Positions 18,819 to 28,520 of a stretch of 64,000 nucleotides of DNA are shown here, piece after piece. The notes below the pieces were generated by a model. It saw nothing but the letters and a program-made list of their open reading frames with translations. It did no database searches and had not been told where the DNA came from. The stretch is from contig JAXMOL010000009.1 in assembly GCA_034669905.1 (NCBI GenBank), positions 111,821 to 175,820 on the forward strand, in the 5' to 3' direction. The stretch comes from Candidatus Hydrogenedentota bacterium (GTDB taxonomy: Bacteria > Hydrogenedentota > Hydrogenedentia > Hydrogenedentales > JAEUWI01). The number at the start of each line of letters is the position of its first letter. Within the stretch, counting starts at the first letter, position 1. Made by a program: the position numbers and the translations under genes.

Positions 18819-20054
18819 ATGAAAATCACCGACGTCAAGACCGTGCTCCTTACCGGGCCGTGCACCAACGACCCCTTCCTCAGCGAGACGCGCAAGCTCC
18901 GCAGTGCGGCCTTTATTGAGATCCACACGGACACGGAGCACATCGGCCTGGGGGAGACCTACGGCGGTTATTTCGCGCCCGAGTCGGTGCCTTCCATTGT
19001 GGAATTCTTCAAGCCCATCCTCGTGGGGCAAAACGTGGACGATATCCCTGAGCTCTGGCAGCGTATGTATCAGTGTGGCAATTTCTGGTGCCGCGTCGGG
19101 CTGGGGTTGATTGTGCTCAATGGCGTGGAGGCGGCCCTCTGGGACCTGAAGGGTAAGCTCGAAAACGCGCCGGTGCACACCTTGCTTGGCGGTGCGAAAC
19201 ACGAACGCCTGCTGGGTTATGCGACGGGCGGTTCGAGCAACTACCCCCTGGAGAAACTGGCGCGGAAGATGGACCATTATCTCGACTTGGGTTTCCGGGC
19301 CTTCAAGGTGGGGGCCGGGTCCTTTCACGATGTGGAGGGCTTTCACATTGAGAGCGCGCCCGAGGCGGCCGCGGCCTTTGAGGTGGCCAAGCTGGAATAC
19401 ATCCGCGCCCACGTGGGGCCGGACATCGGGGTGATGATGGACGGGCACATGGGCAACTCGCCCAAAGGGCAGTGGCAACTGGACACGGCGACAGCGGTGT
19501 TGAAGGCCCTGGAGCCCTTTGGCCTTATATTCTTTGAGGAACCCTTGCACTACACCGACCCGGAAGGTTATGCCGCTTTGTGTCAGGCGACCACGGTGCC
19601 GGTGGCGGGCGGAGAGTGTCTGACGGGTGTGTGCGAATGGGAAACCTTTATTGCGAAGGGGTGTTTCGACATTGGCCAGCCCGACGCCTCCTTCACGGGT
19701 GGCCTTCGCACGGTGGTTGAAATTGCCGAGTTACTCGCAACGCAGGAGCGGACGATCGCCACCCATGCGTGGGGTGCGGGCGGCTCGCTCATGCAGAATA
19801 TTCACGTGGCCTTCGCCTGCGAAAACACGGCCATCGTGGAAGTGCCGCCGGACTACGGTCCCCTCCACAGCGAGATCGTGGGCGACTCCTTCCAGATGGT
19901 GGATGGCCATGTGTTGCTCCCCGAAACACCGGGTCTCGGCATTCAATTGACCGACGAGACGAAGGCCCGCTTTCCATTTAAGCCCGGGAGTGGCGAATTC
20001 AACGATGTGCCGGGTAAAAATCTGGCGGAAATGGATGCGAAATTAAGCCGATGA
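18819..20054 (+). CDS. Mandelate racemase/muconate lactonizing enzyme family (acid-sugar dehydratase-like)
   Basis: MKITDVK, EAALWDLKGK, MMDGH, FFEEP, GGECL, QPD, THAW. Confidence 0.9.
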   Translation: MKITDVKTVLLTGPCTNDPFLSETRKLRSAAFIEIHTDTEHIGLGETYGGYFAPESVPSIVEFFKPILVGQNVDDIPELWQRMYQCGNFWCRVGLGLIVLNGVEAALWDLKGKLENAPVHTLLGGAKHERLLGYATGGSSNYPLEKLARKMDHYLDLGFRAFKVGAGSFHDVEGFHIESAPEAAAAFEVAKLEYIRAHVGPDIGVMMDGHMGNSPKGQWQLDTATAVLKALEPFGLIFFEEPLHYTDPEGYAALCQATTVPVAGGECLTGVCEWETFIAKGCFDIGQPDASFTGGLRTVVEIAELLATQERTIATHAWGAGGSLMQNIHVAFACENTAIVEVPPDYGPLHSEIVGDSFQMVDGHVLLPETPGLGIQLTDETKARFPFKPGSGEFNDVPGKNLAEMDAKLSR

Positions 20055-21076
20055 CGAAGATACTGATTGATGTGCCGGTCTATGCACCGGGACTTGCGGC
20101 ACTGAAAGCCCTGCCCGGTGTGGACGTCACGGTCTGCGACCCCATCGCCGAGGCAGCGGTGGCACGGCCGCCCGCGCTGGTGGCCGACAAGGAAATACTG
20201 TTCTGCGCGGCCCCGCCGGAAAATATGGACGACATGACCGCCCTGTGCTGGACGCAGATTGGCTCTTCGGGTTTTGAGCATCTCATTCCCCTCAACCTGC
20301 CGCGCCGGGGCGTGCGGGCGAGCAATGCCCGGGGCGTTTTTGATATTCCCATCGCCGAATGGTGCATCGCCATGATGGTGAACCTCACCCGTGACCTGCC
20401 CCAGATGATGCGGAATCAGCAGGCGGGCCACTGGGACCGGGGCGTAGCCTTTCAGAAAGAAATGCGCGGCCATACCATTGGCTTCTGGGGCTACGGCGGG
20501 CTCTGTCGTGAAACGGCGCGCATTGCGAAAGTCATGGGGCTGCGTGTCCACGTCTTGGCCCGCCATGGCGTCCAGCCAAAGGACGGCGTTTATTGCGTCG
20601 CGGGCACGGGGGATCCGGACGGGCTCCTCCCCGATGCGGTCTATGGCTTGGACCAGAAGGAAGCCTTTCTGTCGGGTCTCGATTTTCTGATTTTGGGCCT
20701 GCCATTGAATGACCACACCCGGGGTCTGGTGACGGCGGCGGATCTTCAGGCCCTGCCCAAGACCGCCATGGTGTTGAACCCGGCGCGGGGTCCCTTGATT
20801 CAGGAGGAGGCCCTTCTCCAGGCGCTCCGTGACGGCTGGATTGCCGGTGCGGCGCTGGACACCCACTATTATTATCCCATGCCTGCGGACCATCCCCTTT
20901 GGTCCATGCCCAACGTCATCATGACGCCCCACATCTCGGGCTCGACGAAGGGCACCCATTACCTGGAGCGGGTCTGGGATTTGTTTGTGCAGAACGTGAT
21001 TCGGTACCAGGCGGGTACGCCGCTGTTGAACGAACTTGACCCGACGGCATTGAAGCCGGTAGGAGACAGGCCCTGA
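20051..21076 (+). CDS. D-isomer-specific 2-hydroxyacid dehydrogenase
   Basis: GFWGYGGL, NPARGPLI, AGAALD, IMTPHISG; ATGA overlap with the upstream gene. Confidence 0.9.
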   Translation: MTKILIDVPVYAPGLAALKALPGVDVTVCDPIAEAAVARPPALVADKEILFCAAPPENMDDMTALCWTQIGSSGFEHLIPLNLPRRGVRASNARGVFDIPIAEWCIAMMVNLTRDLPQMMRNQQAGHWDRGVAFQKEMRGHTIGFWGYGGLCRETARIAKVMGLRVHVLARHGVQPKDGVYCVAGTGDPDGLLPDAVYGLDQKEAFLSGLDFLILGLPLNDHTRGLVTAADLQALPKTAMVLNPARGPLIQEEALLQALRDGWIAGAALDTHYYYPMPADHPLWSMPNVIMTPHISGSTKGTHYLERVWDLFVQNVIRYQAGTPLLNELDPTALKPVGDRP

Positions 21077-22059
21077 TGAAGCCGCTTCGTGTTTGGAACG
21101 CAAACCTGGTCTCGGGTAATTGCACGGGCAAACCCTACCGGGCCTGCCCGTGGCACCCACACGTTTCCCATGCAGCGGCCGGGACGTGGGGCGCATGGAA
21201 ACGACGTGTTGGGGCCCTGCTGCTGGTGGGGATCATGTGTCTGGTGGGCCCATACACCGGGGCCGACGAAGACCATCGCGCGGTGCCCAAGGGCAACGTT
21301 ATACGTCTCAATACGGACGAAGGTGTGCCCTTCGCGCTCTGGGGCACCAAGGTCCAGTATCCGGCCCCGACGCTCCTGATTTTTTCCGCGACCATTGATG
21401 AGTCCCTGGGAAATCCCTATTTTCGCCAGTGTGGAAATCTCCTGGCGGAGGAGGGCTTTCTCTGTGTCTCCATGGATTTGCCCGGCCACGGTGCCGACCA
21501 GCGGGAAGGGGAACCGGGCGGTCTGGCCGCGTGGCGTTTTCGGAGCGACGCGGGCGAGGATTTTGTCACGCCTTTTACGGGGCACGTGAAGCAGGTCCTC
21601 GATTACCTGGTTTCGGAAGGCTACACGGATCCAGAACGTATCGCGGCCTGCGGCACCTCGCGGGGCGGCTTCATGGCCCTGCAGACCGCCGCCATGGAAC
21701 CGCGCATTCGTGCGACGGCGGCCTTTGCGCCCGTGACCAATCTAATGGCCTTGCGCGAGTTTGATGGTGCGACCAATACCGAATTCGTGGCGGGCTTGTC
21801 TTTGTACTCCCATGCGGAGGCCTTGGTGGGCCGCTCCTTGTGGCTTGTTATCGGTGACCGGGATGAACGGGTCAGCACGGATGACTGCATCGCCTTTGGG
21901 CGTAGGGTGACGACCGTGTCGTTGGCACAGGAGAAGACCGCCGACGTGACCCTCATCGTCCAACCCGAACCCAAGGGCCACACCACACCCGCGGGTGCGC
22001 CGGAAAAGTCGGCCGCCTGGATACTGGAAAAGCTTGAACCACGAATAGATACGAATTAA
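21076..22059 (+). CDS. Alpha/beta hydrolase (probably exported)
   Basis: DLPGHG, CGTSRGG elbow, GDRDERV, GH; start uncertain. Confidence 0.75.
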   Translation: MKPLRVWNANLVSGNCTGKPYRACPWHPHVSHAAAGTWGAWKRRVGALLLVGIMCLVGPYTGADEDHRAVPKGNVIRLNTDEGVPFALWGTKVQYPAPTLLIFSATIDESLGNPYFRQCGNLLAEEGFLCVSMDLPGHGADQREGEPGGLAAWRFRSDAGEDFVTPFTGHVKQVLDYLVSEGYTDPERIAACGTSRGGFMALQTAAMEPRIRATAAFAPVTNLMALREFDGATNTEFVAGLSLYSHAEALVGRSLWLVIGDRDERVSTDDCIAFGRRVTTVSLAQEKTADVTLIVQPEPKGHTTPAGAPEKSAAWILEKLEPRIDTN

Positions 22060-22236
22060 CACGAATTGAATTCGGAACGTCGGATTACCGAATGCCCCGG
22101 CCCGCTGCCATGACATCGCGTGTGGCGATGTGAGTTGCGCCATGGAGGGTGGTTTAGAAGTTGTTTTTTGTGTTCTTTGCGTTCTCTGAGGTTCATAGTT
22201 TTATGGGAACCACAGAGAACGCAAAGAACACAAAAA
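22041..22236. repeat. REP-like element: 10-nt-period ACGAAT triplet plus 30-bp inverted repeat
   Basis: ACGAATAGAT ACGAATTAAC ACGAATTGAA at 22041-22070. Arms 22165-22194 and 22207-22236 are complementary with one mismatch. Confidence 0.7.
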
Positions 22237-22310
22237 TAGTATGCGCCCGTCGGACGCCCGATTACGGGTAGGTCCTTTCGCTTAAACCGAATACGCTGGA
22301 GAGCAAAAAC

Positions 22311-23864
22311 ATGACATTTAAGACTTCGGTTGCCGCCGCCTTGACACTCCTTGGGGGTGTTATGTTGTCGTCTTCCCACGCGGCAGAATCCGCCTTCACC
22401 TTTCCGGACTCCGGTCTCAAGGTCAAGGGCCGAGTAAGCTTGCTTGCCATTGATGATCAGGGTTTAGGCAGCCGCGATGGCCTCACCCTTACGATCAATA
22501 AGCCGACGGTTCGGAAAGAGCCGGTGTTGAAGCCGGAGCGGGGCAATCTCAGTAAACCGGATTCCATGGCGTCCCACTTTTACGGCACGGTGCTCCACGA
22601 TGCGGGCAAGTTCCGTATGTGGTACTACGCGGTGAGCCTTGTTCCTGATACGAAGAAGTTCTATCAGGGGCCGGTGTGCTATGCCGAGAGTGACGACGGC
22701 ATTGTGTGGACCAAGCCCAACCTGGGCCAGGTCGAGCTCAAGGGCAGCACAGAAAACAACATCATCAAGTTGTCCGACGAGATGACCCAGTGCGCGGCGG
22801 TCATCATCGACGAGGATGATCCCGACCCGAAGCGGCGCTACAAGATGGTCTTCATGGCCCTGTCCCATACGTGGGTCTTCCGCACGGCGACCAGTTCCGA
22901 CGGCATTCACTGGGACGTGCAGGAGAAGCGGCCTACCGACAAGTTTCTGGAGATGGGGAGCTTCTATCGCTTTGGCGACCAGTGGGTGGTCCACGGACAG
23001 GGCATCGGAAAAGATGCCGAGGGAAACCCCGAAGGCCGTCAGGGCTACGCAAGCGTTTCCAGTGACTTCGTGAACTGGGAGACCGACTATTTGGAGACGT
23101 TCCGCGTTCCCGAGCCCGAAGATGTGACCAAGCGCGGTCTCGTGGGGGACTATCCCCAGGTGCACCTCGGGGTGGGTGGCGCGAGCCTTGGTAACGTGGC
23201 CGTGGGACTCTGGGGTATCTGGCACAACCCCTCCGAAGCGGATCGGCGTAAAGAGGGCTGGTACGGCGCGGGCCTCATAACCTGTGACCTGGGCTTGCTT
23301 GTCAGCAACGATGGCGTTACCTTTCGTGAGCCGGAGAAGGGCCATATCTATATTTCGGGTGACGAGTCGCCGGTGACCCCCGTGCCGGGCATCGACGACC
23401 CGACGATTCTCTGCCAGGCCAACGGCATTCTGAACGTGGGGGATGAGACCCGCATCTATCATGGGCGCTGGCGCAATGCGACCGTGAGCGGTGTGGACTA
23501 CTACGCCGAAGTGGCCCTGGCCACCCTTCCCCGCGACCGTTGGGGCACACTCCAGCTCGCGGGCGGGATAGCGAATGGCTCTACCCTGTCGGCACCCATC
23601 ACCTTGCCCGAGGGTGGCTGTAGCCTTTCGCTGAATGCCGATGGCGCGGGCCTTATGTCGGTGGAGCTGACGGATGAGACGGGGGCGTTGCTTCCCGAAT
23701 TCAGTGGAGAACACGCGGCGACGATTACCCGGAAGAAGGGACTGGAGCACGGGACCCAATGGCACAATGACCTGGCAAGCCTTTCGGGTAAGACCGTGCG
23801 GGTGAAGGTGGGCCTGAAGGGCGAGAATGCCAAGCTCTATGCGGTCTATCTGGATGGGAAGTAG
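22311..23864 (+). CDS. Secreted five-bladed beta-propeller glycoside-hydrolase-like protein
   Basis: Signal peptide; YGTVLHDAGKFRMWY, CYAESDDGIVWTKP, S.DG..W Asp-box-like repeats. Confidence 0.6.
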   Translation: MTFKTSVAAALTLLGGVMLSSSHAAESAFTFPDSGLKVKGRVSLLAIDDQGLGSRDGLTLTINKPTVRKEPVLKPERGNLSKPDSMASHFYGTVLHDAGKFRMWYYAVSLVPDTKKFYQGPVCYAESDDGIVWTKPNLGQVELKGSTENNIIKLSDEMTQCAAVIIDEDDPDPKRRYKMVFMALSHTWVFRTATSSDGIHWDVQEKRPTDKFLEMGSFYRFGDQWVVHGQGIGKDAEGNPEGRQGYASVSSDFVNWETDYLETFRVPEPEDVTKRGLVGDYPQVHLGVGGASLGNVAVGLWGIWHNPSEADRRKEGWYGAGLITCDLGLLVSNDGVTFREPEKGHIYISGDESPVTPVPGIDDPTILCQANGILNVGDETRIYHGRWRNATVSGVDYYAEVALATLPRDRWGTLQLAGGIANGSTLSAPITLPEGGCSLSLNADGAGLMSVELTDETGALLPEFSGEHAATITRKKGLEHGTQWHNDLASLSGKTVRVKVGLKGENAKLYAVYLDGK

Positions 23865-23912
23865 TAATACCGCCATCCGAATGTGAAATTAGTAAATCCT
23901 CTTGTTTCTCTT

Positions 23913-23969
23913 CTTCGTGCTCTTCGTGTCCTTCGTGGTAGAAAAAATTGCACCACGAAGGGCACGTAG
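23913..23969. repeat. REP-like element: 9-nt-period CTTCGTG triplet with inverted copy
   Basis: CTTCGTGCT CTTCGTGTC CTTCGTGGT ... ACCACGAAG GGCACGTAG. Confidence 0.65.
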
Positions 23970-24018
23970 AAGTAGAGGGAGAAAAGATGATGTGATGCCG
24001 ATCACACGGATGCAACGC

Positions 24019-25410
24019 ATGACGATTTCCAAAACGTTACTTATTGCCACGTTGCTGCTCGTCACGCTGACGATGGCCCATGCCGAGGAGGCCCCCCGTG
24101 GGGCGTCTGATGGCTTGGTCCGCACGGAGACCTGGACGGAGCAGTGGCCCAATGCCGCGGGTACGATGGAAACCCGGTCGGTGACAGGCGAGATCTGGAC
24201 CGCCCTTTTTCAGGCGTCTTTGACCCAGAATAATCAGCTCCATATACCCGCCCGCGCGCAGCCCTATTATCTTGATGGCCCCCTTGTCATGCGGTCGGGG
24301 GACAGGCTCAGCGCGGACCGGGAGGCCGAGATTCGCCTGAAGCCGGGCACGAACACGTGCATGGTGCGCAATGCGAATATCGTTGGTTTCAACTCGATGG
24401 CGGTGCCCGACGACCTGGAACCCGATACCGACATTCAGATCGAAGGGGGCATATGGACGACGCTCGCGACGGGAGATAAGGGGGCCAATGGCAACATGCG
24501 GGGCCACTCTTCCAAAGAGAACTATGTGTATGCGACCCATGGCGTCATTCTGCTGCACAACGTACGCAACGTCTCCGTCCGTAACATCACCATACGGCAG
24601 AGTAAGGCCTTCGGCGTCCACCTGGGCAATGTGCGCGATTTTGTCGTGGACGGCGTTTTCCTCGATCGGCAACAGCGCGATGGCGTCCATGTCAATGGCC
24701 CCGCAAGCCAGGGGATGATTCGCAATGTCCGCGGCGATTCCCACGACGACACCGTGGCCTTGAATGCCTGGGAGTGGAAGAACTACGCCCCGAGTTTTGG
24801 GCCGATTCAAGACGTCCGAATTGAACAGGTAGCGGGTGCGGAAGCGGATACGCCGAGCGCGAATTCCATTCGCATGCTCCCGGGTGTCAAGCGCTTCGAC
24901 GATGGGAAAACCCTCGATTGCGCAATCCAGAATATTGTGCTGCGCGGCATTAAGAACATCACGGAGTTCAAGCTCTACGAACAGCCTAATCTGGAAATGG
25001 GTCGGGACAAGGATTTCAGTGTGGAGCCGGGCACTCTGCGCAACATCCGGATGGAACAGATATCGTTGGAACGTCCAGGGGCCATCTACATCGCCGCCAG
25101 CCTGGACGGCCTCACGCTCAGCGATGTGGCCCTGCTATTTGAGCCCAAACCCGATTACCGGCTCTTACGGATCGGCCCCATGTCCATGACCTGGCGGCAT
25201 GGCGATGACCCGGCTCGCTGGGCAGAAGTATTTGCTCCCGATCGCGATGTGACGGTAAGAAACATTCTCCTGGAGCATGTTACCGTGAATGGCGTTGCCC
25301 TTGCCGAGCCCGCTTCCCGGCTCGTCGCCCTACGCGATCAAACGCTGAATCCGAACTACCCTCAAACGACACCCCGGGGCGGCACCGGTAAAGCCATCTG
25401 GCTGCGCTGA
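24019..25410 (+). CDS. Secreted right-handed beta-helix (pectin-lyase-fold / GH28-like) protein
   Basis: Signal peptide; NVSVRNITI, RDGVHVNGP, HDDTVALNA. The ORF-track N-terminus (from 23902) reads through the REP-like repeat. Confidence 0.65.
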   Translation: MTISKTLLIATLLLVTLTMAHAEEAPRGASDGLVRTETWTEQWPNAAGTMETRSVTGEIWTALFQASLTQNNQLHIPARAQPYYLDGPLVMRSGDRLSADREAEIRLKPGTNTCMVRNANIVGFNSMAVPDDLEPDTDIQIEGGIWTTLATGDKGANGNMRGHSSKENYVYATHGVILLHNVRNVSVRNITIRQSKAFGVHLGNVRDFVVDGVFLDRQQRDGVHVNGPASQGMIRNVRGDSHDDTVALNAWEWKNYAPSFGPIQDVRIEQVAGAEADTPSANSIRMLPGVKRFDDGKTLDCAIQNIVLRGIKNITEFKLYEQPNLEMGRDKDFSVEPGTLRNIRMEQISLERPGAIYIAASLDGLTLSDVALLFEPKPDYRLLRIGPMSMTWRHGDDPARWAEVFAPDRDVTVRNILLEHVTVNGVALAEPASRLVALRDQTLNPNYPQTTPRGGTGKAIWLR

Positions 25411-25426
25411 ATAACCGGGCCTGACG

Positions 25427-25825
25427 TCAACGGGGATGGCGGGCGAGGCGTATGAAGAGCAGGGCCAGCAACAGGGCCAATGGCGTGAAGAGGAAGCGCT
25501 CTACGACGTGTTCCGACAACAGATTACCCACCGTGTTCAGCAGCAGGTAAATGGCCATTGCCCACAGGAGTGCCATCAGGAGACGCCGTGGGAGCAGGGT
25601 TGGAAGCATTTCGCCTCCCATGGCCGCCAGCCAGCACGCGAATAATGTCACTGCCAGGGCGATCGATTCGAAGATACGCATCTGTCCCACCGTTTCCAGG
25701 CGGCCACCCCACACGAGCGTCCACGGGAGGAGCTCCAACAGGATTACGACGTGGAGGAAGGTCATCGTCGCCAGGATTACGACCGCGACGCGTGCCGCGT
25801 TTCGAGCGCTGAGTGTGTGATTCAT
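25427..25825 (-). CDS. Small multi-pass membrane protein
   Basis: MNHTLSARN... with about 4 hydrophobic helices and motifs VWGGR and LLNTVGNL; the ORF-track extension overlaps the kinase. Confidence 0.7.
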   Translation of the reverse strand: MNHTLSARNAARVAVVILATMTFLHVVILLELLPWTLVWGGRLETVGQMRIFESIALAVTLFACWLAAMGGEMLPTLLPRRLLMALLWAMAIYLLLNTVGNLLSEHVVERFLFTPLALLLALLFIRLARHPR

Positions 25826-25857
25826 TTGTATCCTCAAGGTGCGTGGGGCCGTGGGGA

Positions 25858-27627
25858 CTACGAAGGCCCTTCCGGCGTTTCGTCGCTGCTCTGCAAGGTA
25901 AAGAAGAACGTTGTGCCCTTGCCTTCTTCGGACTCCAGCCAGATATTTCCCCCATGGCGCCGCACTATTTTCTGGGTGATGCTGAGTCCCGCCCCCGTGC
26001 CACCTCCAAATTTGTCGCGGGCGTGAAGCCGCTTGAAGATACGGAAAATGGCTTCCTGATGCCGTTCGGCGATGCCAATACCGTTGTCTCGCACATAGAA
26101 GACGGTCCCGCCTGCGCCATTGGGCTGGGTCCCGACCTCGACCTGCCTGTTTTCGTTGTTGTTGTACTTGATGCCATTCGTGATCAGGTTCCGAAACACT
26201 TCGGCCGCCAGGACCTGGTGGCAATGAATTGTCGGCAGGCAGTCTTCCACGATGACATGACCATGCAACTCTTCCAGCCATCCCGTCAGCGAATCGACGA
26301 CATCGGCCACCGCAACGTGCAGATCGACTGACTGAAGGGCCAGTTGGGTGCGACCTACCCGTGAATAGTGGAGCAATTCTCCGATCAGATCCTCCAATCG
26401 GGAAGTAAGTCGAGCGAGGGTATGCAGTTTGTGCTGCCCGTCCTCATCCAGTACGGCCTCATAATCCTCCAGAAGAAAGGTAGAATAATTGCGAATGCCC
26501 CGCAAGGGCTCCTTTAAGTCGTGGGAGGCGATATGGGCGAAGTCTTCCAGTTCCTTGTTGCTCCGCTCCAGTTCGCGGGCGAAGGCGGCCAACTCCTCCT
26601 GGGCGTGGCGCTGCAGCGTGACATCCAGATGGGTTCCGCAGACACGTCGGGGCTCCCCGTGGCTGTTACGTTCTATCACCTTGCCCTTCGTCAGAATCCA
26701 GATCCAGGTGCCGTCTTTGTGCCGCAGCCGGTGCTCTGCTTCGTACGTCTCGGTATTGCCCTGGAGATGGGCTTCCAGGGCGGCCAGAACGTGGGACCGA
26801 TCCTCCGGGTGGATGGCCTGCTCCCAGGTAGAGGCACGGGGTGCCAGTTCTTCCACCTGATACCCGATCATTTCTGCCCACCGTGCGTCAAAGTGCACTT
26901 CGTCCGCGGGGACATCCCAGTCCCAGGTGCCAAGCTGGCCTGCCTGGAGCGCGAGTTCCAGCCGTTCCTTGCTGATACGGAGGGCCTCTTCCGCCTTTTT
27001 TCGGGCGTCAATGTCTTGTATTTGCGAAATGAAATAGCGGGGCTTGTCGTTGTGGTCCCAGACCAGGGAGACACTCAGGAGAATCCACACGTGTTCGCCG
27101 TTTTTCCGGATATAGCGCTTTTCCATGTGGTAAAAATCGATTTCTTTCCGGAGCATTTGCTGGACGTGCGACAGGTCTTTGTCCAGGTCCTCGGGGTGGG
27201 TAATCGTCTGGAAATCGGTGACCAGCAGCTCTTCTTCTGCGTAGCCCACCAGATCACAAAGGGCGCGGTTTACGCGAATCCAACGGCCTTCGGGGGATAC
27301 CAGGGCCATGCCGATGGGCGCGTTGTTCATCGCCAGGCGGAACATCTCTTCGCTCATCTGTGCGGTCTCGAGTGCGCGGTGCGATGGGTGGGCCTCGGGA
27401 GGTGGGGTCAGCGACGAGGGCTCTTCAACACCCGTCTTGTCGCGCGAAATCGACGGCTTGACCTGTTGCAGGATAAGGGCCACGATAAGGGCACTCAGGG
27501 CGCTTAGTGCGCCCGATGCGAGGATCGCGGGAAGCAGTGTCTGTGAACCGTAGAGACTGCCAAGGACGGCGATTAAGAGCAGGACGCCGATTGCGGCGAG
27601 ACCGCCGGCGATTATGCGTCTGTTCAT
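25858..27627 (-). CDS. PAS-domain sensor histidine kinase
   Basis: 2 TM helices, two PAS/PAC domains, H-box ASHDLKEPLR, NLITNGIKY, DNGIGI, GTGAGL. Confidence 0.93.
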   Translation of the reverse strand: MNRRIIAGGLAAIGVLLLIAVLGSLYGSQTLLPAILASGALSALSALIVALILQQVKPSISRDKTGVEEPSSLTPPPEAHPSHRALETAQMSEEMFRLAMNNAPIGMALVSPEGRWIRVNRALCDLVGYAEEELLVTDFQTITHPEDLDKDLSHVQQMLRKEIDFYHMEKRYIRKNGEHVWILLSVSLVWDHNDKPRYFISQIQDIDARKKAEEALRISKERLELALQAGQLGTWDWDVPADEVHFDARWAEMIGYQVEELAPRASTWEQAIHPEDRSHVLAALEAHLQGNTETYEAEHRLRHKDGTWIWILTKGKVIERNSHGEPRRVCGTHLDVTLQRHAQEELAAFARELERSNKELEDFAHIASHDLKEPLRGIRNYSTFLLEDYEAVLDEDGQHKLHTLARLTSRLEDLIGELLHYSRVGRTQLALQSVDLHVAVADVVDSLTGWLEELHGHVIVEDCLPTIHCHQVLAAEVFRNLITNGIKYNNNENRQVEVGTQPNGAGGTVFYVRDNGIGIAERHQEAIFRIFKRLHARDKFGGGTGAGLSITQKIVRRHGGNIWLESEEGKGTTFFFTLQSSDETPEGPS

Positions 27628-27735
27628 TCTGGGGAGCCCTTCCTGCCGATTTACCCTGGCATGTTAACAATAGCAGTATCCACTATACGGCGTGCATGTT
27701 CCCATTCTTTCCTGCAGCGTCCCCATCGGAGCAAA

Positions 27736-28491
27736 CTAATCGGTGAATGGTGACTGTGGTCTGATTAATTTTACGAGTTCGACCAATTGGAGGCTGGCGG
27801 GCCCTTCCAGAAAGTAGTCGGTTGAATTGGTCGTGAACTCGGTGGTTTCGACGTTGCATTCAATAATGCACGCGCCATTCGCTTTGGCGGTTAAGGGAAT
27901 CTGGGCTGCCGGGTAGACCGTCGCCGAGGTTCCTACGACCAGGAGGACATCGGCCTCCGCGACCGCTACGTTGGCTGCCTGTTGGGCTTCCACCGGAATC
28001 GAATCTCCAAACAATACCACGTCGGGCTTCATCAGGCCACCGCAGCCACATCGGGGTGCTCCCGGGGTACGTTGATCCAGCCGAAGGGGGACCACCGTCT
28101 GGCAGGTCTGACAGCGCATGTGGCGCGCGTTGCCGTGGAACTCGATGACGTCACGGGACCCCGCCTCCTGGTGAAGGTTGTCAATGTTTTGCGTGACAAT
28201 GGGGCCGAGATATCCCCCGTACTGGAGGGCGGTCAGGGCGTGGTGGGCTGGATTCGGGGACACCTCACCGATCGTGGCAGCCAATTCGTACCACATCTGC
28301 CAGACACGATCCGGGTCTCGCAGGAAGGCCTCCGCGGTGGCATATTCCTCCGGGGGGTAGGTGTCCCAGATACCGCCCGGACTCCGAAAGTCGGGAATGC
28401 CGCTTTCCACGGAAATGCCCGCGCCCGTGAGTGCCATGGCGTGGCGACTGGCAGTCAGTGCTTCGGCAGCACGCTCTAAGGGGGTCTTCAT
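27736..28491 (-). CDS. cobB: NAD-dependent protein deacylase (sirtuin)
   Basis: TGAGISVESGIPDFRS, TQNIDNLH, HG, Zn-ribbon cysteines, VGTS..VYPAA. Confidence 0.92.
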   Translation of the reverse strand: MKTPLERAAEALTASRHAMALTGAGISVESGIPDFRSPGGIWDTYPPEEYATAEAFLRDPDRVWQMWYELAATIGEVSPNPAHHALTALQYGGYLGPIVTQNIDNLHQEAGSRDVIEFHGNARHMRCQTCQTVVPLRLDQRTPGAPRCGCGGLMKPDVVLFGDSIPVEAQQAANVAVAEADVLLVVGTSATVYPAAQIPLTAKANGACIIECNVETTEFTTNSTDYFLEGPASLQLVELVKLIRPQSPFTD

Positions 28492-28520
28492 GGCGCGTGG
28501 TCCCCGGGCCTCGTGTTCGT

